DNA from: Candidatus Delongbacteria bacterium
Lineage (GTDB): Bacteria > CAIWAD01
Direction of reading: 5' to 3'
DNA: 64,000 bases
Assembly (NCBI GenBank): GCA_963663545.1
Contig: OY760505.1
Span: 1,216,001-1,280,000 of the forward strand
How positions within the stretch are numbered: position 1 is the first letter of the stretch; each line of letters starts with the position of its first letter. The notes below the pieces were generated by a model, which did not search any database, was not told the DNA's origin, and saw only the letters and a list, made by a program, of their open reading frames with translations. Shown one piece after another: positions 58,767-64,000 of this stretch. A program made the position numbers and the translations under genes.

Positions 58767-59748
58767 TTCTCTCACGTTGCCTGAGGTCATATCGTTCATA
58801 GGCGTGGATAATATCCTTAACGAGACGGTGCCGTACCACATCTTCCGGCGACATCTCAATCATGCCCACGCCTTTCACTCCACGAAGCACATCGCGAATC
58901 TGCAGCAGACCACTGACCGAAGGATCGGGCAGGTCGATCTGTGTCACATCGCCAGTAACAATGGCACGCGCATTCTGCCCCAGACGAGTCAGGAACATCT
59001 TCATCTGGCCGGGTGTGGTGTTCTGCGCCTCGTCCAGAATGACAAAGGCGTTGTTGAGCGTACGCCCGCGCATGAAAGCCAGTGGTGCCACTTCGACAAT
59101 CTGCTGCTCGATCAGTCGAGTCAGACGATCGCCGTTCATCAAATCAAACAATCCGTCGTAGAGCGGACGAAGGTAGGGATCAACCTTGTCCTTCATATCG
59201 CCGGGAAGAAAGCCCAGGTTTTCGCCGGCCTCCACAGCGGGCCGACAGAGCACGATGCGTGATACACGTCGCTCTTCGAGCGCGGCTACAGCCATTGCAA
59301 CAGCGAGATAGGTCTTGCCCGTGCCCGCCGGTCCAATGGCAAAGGTCACCATGTTCTCGCGGGCGATGCGGTAAAAGAGTTCCTGTCCCGGCGTGCGCGT
59401 GCGGACCGGTCCCTGAGGACCGTGGGCAACAATGGAGTTCTCCTCCGGCAACGCGTGTTCTTCGCTCTCCGCCAGCACAAGGCGCAGCACTAGCTCCACA
59501 TCGTCCATCGAGAGACGACCACGACGCTTGAGCATGTTCATCAACTCACGCAGTGCGCGCAAGACCATTTCGGGCTTGCTACGACTTTCGATAACGCGCA
59601 ACTCGCCGTGGCGCAGAGCGACACGGGCCGAAAATGCAGTCTCGATGCGATGGAGGTAAACATCCCCCGGGCCGAAGAGAAGCTGGGGGTCGACGCTGTC
59701 CACGGATACACCGTGGCTCGATGGCGGAGGCTGGTGTTGCTCGTTCAT
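58747..59748 (-). CDS. phoH: PhoH family ATPase (YbeZ-type)
   Basis: 'GPAGTGKTYLA', 'RPAVEAGENLGFLPG', 'FMRGRTL', 'DEAQN', 'GDVTQIDLP'. Confidence 0.93.
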   Translation of the reverse strand: MNEQHQPPPSSHGVSVDSVDPQLLFGPGDVYLHRIETAFSARVALRHGELRVIESRSKPEMVLRALRELMNMLKRRGRLSMDDVELVLRLVLAESEEHALPEENSIVAHGPQGPVRTRTPGQELFYRIARENMVTFAIGPAGTGKTYLAVAMAVAALEERRVSRIVLCRPAVEAGENLGFLPGDMKDKVDPYLRPLYDGLFDLMNGDRLTRLIEQQIVEVAPLAFMRGRTLNNAFVILDEAQNTTPGQMKMFLTRLGQNARAIVTGDVTQIDLPDPSVSGLLQIRDVLRGVKGVGMIEMSPEDVVRHRLVKDIIHAYERYDLRQRERNEQQGM

Positions 59749-59811
59749 TCACGAAAGCGGATCCCGGCGTGAACCAGGATCCGCTTCACATCTTCCTTTC
59801 CGTCGAACGGC

Positions 59812-60639
59812 CTAGGGCAGAGTGAGAATCATGCCCGGATAGAGGCCGCCCATCGTGTCCAGCAAGCTCTGATTGGCTTCCTGGATCTGACGCCAGCGAG
59901 TGCTGTCGCCGTACACGTGCTCAGCGATCTTCACAAAGTTGTCGCCACGCATTACCTCGTACTGGCCACGCTTGACCGCACGGGGAATTGCCAGACGCTG
60001 CTGCGGGAAGATCAGGTCGGGGTCGTTGATCTGATCGGTGTTGGCAGAGTAGATCTTCGTCCACTGGAAGGGATCGTTGTAGATCTGCTGCTTGCCGGAG
60101 ATGCGCCACAGGCAGTCGCCGCGAACCACATCATACCAGCTATTGGAGGCGCGCTCCATGCGGCTGCGAACATTGGCCATGGTGCGGGCCAGCTCATCCA
60201 GATTGCGCTGGTTGGCACTAATCACGCCCAGGTTCTGTCCCTGCAGCTCGGCGATGCGCTGATCCATGGCGTCGAGGCGGCCGGGATTCTCCACAAGCTG
60301 CTCGGCGGTCATGTTGTTCAGCTGGGCCACCTCGGCCTGCAGCTCGCTCACCCGAGCGGTATAGGTGTCGGCCTGGTTGGCATCGGTTCCCAGATGATTG
60401 TAGATCTGGCCCCATGTGCCGTCGATGTCGCCACGAGCCGCTTCGATCTGCCCGCGGATGGCATCCATCTCGCTCTCGACAGCCTGCATGGACTGCTGAG
60501 CGTCATTCTCGCGTCCCTGCCAGGTGCCGAGCTCCTGCAGGTACTGCTCGTAGGTCATCTTGTCGGGATTCGCGGCCTGTACCTGGACACTGCCCAGCAG
60601 CAGGGCGCACAGCGTAAGCAGCAAAGTCATGCGCTTCAT
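59812..60639 (-). CDS. Secreted coiled-coil protein with two LysM domains
   Basis: Signal peptide; 'YDVVRGDCLWRIS...IYSANTDQINDPDLIFP'; 'YEVMRGDNFVKIA...LYPGMILTLP'. Confidence 0.9.
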   Translation of the reverse strand: MKRMTLLLTLCALLLGSVQVQAANPDKMTYEQYLQELGTWQGRENDAQQSMQAVESEMDAIRGQIEAARGDIDGTWGQIYNHLGTDANQADTYTARVSELQAEVAQLNNMTAEQLVENPGRLDAMDQRIAELQGQNLGVISANQRNLDELARTMANVRSRMERASNSWYDVVRGDCLWRISGKQQIYNDPFQWTKIYSANTDQINDPDLIFPQQRLAIPRAVKRGQYEVMRGDNFVKIAEHVYGDSTRWRQIQEANQSLLDTMGGLYPGMILTLP

Positions 60640-60656
60640 ATCATGCCCTTCCGTGG

Positions 60657-60938
60657 TTAGTTGCCCTGCGGAAGCTGAGCGGCCTGAACGTGCTCCAGCT
60701 CCTGCTGGGCAGCATCAAGCTCTGCCTGGAGCTGTGAAAGCTCCTGGGCCAACTCCGCTTTCTCGTTGTTCTTGGCTCTCAAGGCGTCTTCGGCGGCCAG
60801 GGCAGCTGCCTTGGCTTCGCTCAACTGAGCCTTGTCATCCTCGGACGCGTACTTGGTGCACCCTGTGGTGCTCAGCAGCAGCCCGGCGGCGAAAAGGCTC
60901 AGCAGGCCTAGACGCATTACACGACTTGTGCGCAGCAT
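60657..60938 (-). CDS. Small coiled-coil lipoprotein
   Basis: AGGAGG SD; lipobox-like TTGC; Ala/Glu/Gln heptad helix. Confidence 0.8.
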   Translation of the reverse strand: MLRTSRVMRLGLLSLFAAGLLLSTTGCTKYASEDDKAQLSEAKAAALAAEDALRAKNNEKAELAQELSQLQAELDAAQQELEHVQAAQLPQGN

Positions 60939-60975
60939 GTCTCTCCTCCTGCTATTGATCCAAAAAATCGAATTC

Positions 60976-61004
60976 AATCTACCATAGCCATTCTCTCAAC
61001 GCAA
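60976..61004 (-). promoter_or_regulatory. Sigma70-type promoter for lipoprotein-LysM genes
   Basis: TTGCGT-17 bp-TAGATT with extended -10 TG. Confidence 0.6.
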
Positions 61005-61183
61005 GCGGACCGAAGCCCCTACAATGCATTGAAGCTCGTGTTTTTGAAAGCCTTCCCATGTGAGCCGGATCACTCGTGCGAACACAGGAAAGGGTACGGG
61101 CGACATCATCCATTAACGACAATCCACGCCTCTGAATTGAGCGGGCCTCTAAGCCTCGCAAGAGAATGCAAATGTCGCGCCTG

Positions 61184-62944
61184 TTACTCCTTTTCCGGTA
61201 CCACGGAAATGTGTAGCTCGGCGAGCTGAGTTGCGCTGACTCCACCCGGTGCTCCGTCCATGGGCGAGGCCGCGCTGTTGGTCTTGGGAAAGGCGATGAC
61301 GTCGCGAATGTTCTCGGTGCCGCCGAAGATCATCACCAGACGGTCAAAGCCGAAAGCACAACCGGCGTGGGGCGGCGCCCCGTACTGCAGCGCATCGATG
61401 AGGAAGCCGAACTTTTCCTGCGCCTCTTCGTCGCCGATGCCCAGCATGCTGAAGACCTTGCGTTGCATGTTGGGATCGTGAATACGCACGCTGCCACCGG
61501 CGATTTCCTGACCATCCATGACCAGGTCGTAGCCGCGGCTCAAGAGCGCGCCCGGGTCCACCTCGGCGGCAAACTGTTCCGCATTGGGCTGAGTAAAGGG
61601 ATGGTGCGCGGCCACATGGCGCTGGGCTTCTTCGTCGTACTCGAACATAGGGAATTCGGTCACCCAGAGTAGCTCATGGCGCTTGGGGTCGATCATGCCA
61701 TACTCGCCCGCCAGACGCAGACGCATGTTGCCCAGCAGCTTGCAGACCATGCGGAATTCGCCGGCAGCAAGAATCATCACATCGCCCTCGCTCGCGCCCA
61801 TGTGCTCTGCCAAGCGCGCCAGCCATTCGTCTCCGACGAACTTGCTGATTTGGCTCTGCAAACCTTCGGCGGTATAACGCACCACAATCACGCCTTTGCC
61901 GCCCAGGTGCTTCGCATAGTCCTGCAACGCGTCTACCTTCTTGCGAGAGAAGCCTTCGGCCTGCCCGGGTAACACGAAGCCGCGTGTCACGCCGTCCGGC
62001 AACGCGCCTTCCAGCACGCCAAAATTGCAGCCAGGCACGAGTTCCGCGATGTCCTGGATCTCCATGCCGAAGCGAAGATCGGGTTTGTCGCTGCCGTAGC
62101 GCTCCATCGCCTCCTGCCAACTCATACGGCGCAGAGGCAGCTCCAGCTCCTGCTGCCAGGCCTCGCGCACACAGGCAGCGATGACGGCCTCGGCCACATC
62201 CTGCACATCCTTCTCTTCGGCGAAGCTCATCTCCAGGTCGATCTGGGTGAATTCGGGCTGGCGGTCGCTACGCAGATCCTCGTCGCGGAAACACTTGACG
62301 ATCTGGTAGTAGCGGTCAAAACCGGCAACCATCAGCAACTGCTTGTAGGTTTGCGGACTCTGGGGCAGCGCATAGAAGTGGCCGTGATGCAAACGGCTGG
62401 GCACCAGGTAGTCGCGGGCACCCTCGGGCGTGGACTTCATCAGAATGGGCGTTTCCACCTCGAGGAAGCTCAGCTCGTCAAGAGTGCGACGCGCGGCCTG
62501 GGCCAATCGGTGACGTAGGTGCAGATAGCGCGCTTTGCCGGGACGGCGCAAGTCGAGGTAGCGGTACTTCAGGCGCAGCTCCTCGTGAGCGGTGTCCTCT
62601 TCCTCCAGGGTAAAGGGCAGCACGGCTGCACGCGTCAACACCTCCAGCGTCTCCACCTGAACTTCAATGTCGCCGGTGGACATGTTTGTATTACGCATCT
62701 GCTCCGGACGCGCAGTGACAGTGCCGACGATTTGTATCACATCTTCCATGCGGAGGCGCGCGGCGCGCTCCATCAGCTCGGCGTTGTCGGGGTTGAAGTA
62801 GAGTTGCGTCAGGCCGTAACGGTCTCTGAGGTCGATGAAGGTCAGACCTCCCAGGTCGCGAACCCGGTGAACCCATCCTGCCAACGTCACCCGACTGCCA
62901 GCATGTTCGGCGCGCAATTCGCCACAAGTGTAAGTGCGATACAT
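61184..62944 (-). CDS. aspS: Aspartate--tRNA ligase
   Basis: 'RTYTCGELR', 'FIDLRDRYG', 'TPEGARDY', 'LPQSPQ', 'CFRDEDLR.DRQPEFTQ', 'GAPPH', 'IAFPKT'. Confidence 0.97.
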   Translation of the reverse strand: MYRTYTCGELRAEHAGSRVTLAGWVHRVRDLGGLTFIDLRDRYGLTQLYFNPDNAELMERAARLRMEDVIQIVGTVTARPEQMRNTNMSTGDIEVQVETLEVLTRAAVLPFTLEEEDTAHEELRLKYRYLDLRRPGKARYLHLRHRLAQAARRTLDELSFLEVETPILMKSTPEGARDYLVPSRLHHGHFYALPQSPQTYKQLLMVAGFDRYYQIVKCFRDEDLRSDRQPEFTQIDLEMSFAEEKDVQDVAEAVIAACVREAWQQELELPLRRMSWQEAMERYGSDKPDLRFGMEIQDIAELVPGCNFGVLEGALPDGVTRGFVLPGQAEGFSRKKVDALQDYAKHLGGKGVIVVRYTAEGLQSQISKFVGDEWLARLAEHMGASEGDVMILAAGEFRMVCKLLGNMRLRLAGEYGMIDPKRHELLWVTEFPMFEYDEEAQRHVAAHHPFTQPNAEQFAAEVDPGALLSRGYDLVMDGQEIAGGSVRIHDPNMQRKVFSMLGIGDEEAQEKFGFLIDALQYGAPPHAGCAFGFDRLVMIFGGTENIRDVIAFPKTNSAASPMDGAPGGVSATQLAELHISVVPEKE

Positions 62945-63052
62945 AGTGGACCTCTACTGATTCGACCCTCCCGGTGGATCACCGGGAACCAAGCGGCTTA
63001 ATGTAACACAGGATCACGGTTGCAATACGGCTCTCGCAAACCTGCAATAGTG

Positions 63053-63085
63053 AAAAAAGAAAGCCCCGTCCCAAAAAGACGGGGC
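63053..63085 (-). terminator. Intrinsic terminator after rpsU
   Basis: GCCCCGTC/GACGGGGC followed by UUUCUUUUUU on the minus strand. Confidence 0.8.
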
Positions 63086-63135
63086 CTGTAGATCAGATCT
63101 CGGCGGCGCGCCGGAGCTCGGCGCTGCCACACAAA

Positions 63136-63345
63136 CTAGATCAGACCCTGGCGTTGCTGCTCAAGCATCATCTTGCGCTGCTTGCGGCGTGCAGCATTGA
63201 GCTGGCGCTTGCGCTGCTCCGAGGGCTTCTCGTAGCGCTGCTTCTTGCGCAGTTCACTCAGGATACCGGCTTTCTCGCAGGACTTAGTAAAGCGACGGAA
63301 TGCGCGATCAAAGGGTTCGCCTTCGCGGACACGAATATGCGCCAT
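63136..63345 (-). CDS. rpsU: 30S ribosomal protein S21
   Basis: '[14 protein letters not shown]...KAGIL.ELRK...YEKPS'; GGAGGTG SD. Confidence 0.95.
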   Translation of the reverse strand: MAHIRVREGEPFDRAFRRFTKSCEKAGILSELRKKQRYEKPSEQRKRQLNAARRKQRKMMLEQQRQGLI

Positions 63346-63388
63346 GCTATTTCACCTCCTTCCAGGATCTTTGTTTTGGCGAACCCAG

Positions 63389-63417
63389 AGGATAGCCCAT
63401 GAAAAGGAGAAAAGCAA
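63389..63417 (-). promoter_or_regulatory. Sigma70-type promoter of rpsU
   Basis: TTGCTT-17 bp-TATCCT. Confidence 0.6.
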
Positions 63418-63420
63418 CTC

Positions 63421-63750
63421 TCAGCAGTCTTTTTCCTTGTCGTACGCCGCCATTGCTTCGGGAAGACAGTGTGTCACCCGGTGGCCAGCGGCAGGCAGTC
63501 CAATGAGGATCGCACTGATGACCTCTTCCCGCGTTGCGCCCGCACGCTTGGCCTCGCACACATGAAAGGGAATGCCACTCTGCTGCTTCTGGGAGGCCAG
63601 TACAGCCAGGTAGGCCAGCGCCGAAGTTTTAGCGTCCAGCGCCGAAGCTTGATTCAGGCCATGAATCATCGCTCCCCAGACTTGCGCGTGCTCGGGGGCT
63701 TCCTCCAGAAAGGCCTTGAAGGAAGCACTGATCTGTTTGGATTCTTCCAT
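63421..63750 (-). CDS. Carboxymuconolactone decarboxylase (CMD/AhpD-like) family protein
   Basis: 'SALDAKTSALAYLAVLA', 'GIPFHV..AKRAGATREE'. Confidence 0.85.
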   Translation of the reverse strand: MEESKQISASFKAFLEEAPEHAQVWGAMIHGLNQASALDAKTSALAYLAVLASQKQQSGIPFHVCEAKRAGATREEVISAILIGLPAAGHRVTHCLPEAMAAYDKEKDC

Positions 63751-63772
63751 TATTCACCCTCGATCCATTGGC

Positions 63773-64000
63773 TTACCAGAGATCTTCGGTTCCCACGTCC
63801 TGTCCCTGCAGTTTCAAGTAGTAGTACAGCTGCCCCTTGTGCTGTGTCAGGTGCTGATTCATCTGCATCAAGCGTACACCCAGCGGCATAGCCGTGGTGT
63901 CCCAGGGCACGGAAATCAACTTGTTTTCCAGGTCCTCATCGCTGGCAGTAGCCAGCATTTCCACCGCCACCTTCTTGTCAGCGGCTAACAGGTCCAGCGC
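63773..64000 (-). CDS. DinB family protein, C-terminal part (start outside window)
   Basis: 'HLTQHKGQLYYYLKLQG' DinB-type HxxxH-GQL motif. Confidence 0.75.
   Translation of the reverse strand, partial: ALDLLAADKKVAVEMLATASDEDLENKLISVPWDTTAMPLGVRLMQMNQHLTQHKGQLYYYLKLQGQDVGTEDLW

Larger units (their letters stand above)
240..62740. repeat. Dispersed, highly iterated 7-mer GTATCAC/GTGATAC (family GTRWYAC)
   Basis: About 88 exact copies found by manual scan, e.g. 240, 1657, 2336, 2389, 2607, 2936, 3957, 4171, 6004, 6401, 6564, 6810, 6892, 21995, 22003, 33103, 48014, 48040, 54159, 54168, 58542, 58558, 58590. Confidence 0.9.

Noticed and set aside
2155..60660. Many long opposite-strand ORFs (e.g. 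2155..3390, 10177..11463, 17485..18669, 26342..27898, 37031..38152, 59917..60660)
   Set aside because: They are antisense shadows of well-supported genes, expected with high GC3 codon bias, and have no recognisable motifs
61005..61183. Possible 6S RNA or other ncRNA downstream of aspS
   Set aside because: I could not find a long self-complementary rod; part of the gap is explained by the downstream promoter. A covariance-model search would be needed
240..62740. GTATCAC motif as Chi/KOPS, CRP box or matS
   Set aside because: No strand skew (about 42 versus 46), mostly intragenic single sites, and no fixed TGTGA-N6-TCACA or GTGACRNYGTCAC spacing

Overview
GC-rich (roughly 58% by eye) chromosomal window from a Gram-negative bacterium, probably an FCB-superphylum candidate lineage; this is inferred from several secreted proteins ending in T9SS-type 'PNPFNP...YF..L...K(M/L)VL(V/L)R' sorting tails, a C25 gingipain-like protein and ExbB-ExbD-ExbD-TonB. 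Nearly all genes are on the minus strand, except a mostly plus-strand block at 13.7-22 kb. Housekeeping content: rsgA, cyclophilin, pyrE/pyrF, folC, an amidase, a partial complex I operon (nuoABCD-G-H-I, without E/F or J-N), ctpA, dprA, ackA, two phoH-family genes, ybeY, a corC-like gene, aspS and rpsU. Accessory content: tandem paralogous methyltransferases, tandem paralogous Cys/acidic-repeat surface proteins each with a sigma54-type promoter, and a duplicated PAP2 phosphatase + glycosyltransferase pair. I found no rRNA, tRNA, CRISPR array, integrase or transposase. The strongest unexplained signal is a highly iterated 7-bp motif, GTATCAC/GTGATAC (about 88 exact copies by manual scan, about 6 expected). 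It is part of the degenerate palindrome GTRWYAC, has no strand skew, intrudes into protein sequences and avoids certain regions, resembling an undescribed HIP1/DUS-like sequence system. Also notable are an in-frame (CGATAC)n inverted-repeat element inside a gene, a PilZ protein translationally coupled to pyrF between pyrF and pyrE, and a uORF/hairpin leader before rsgA.
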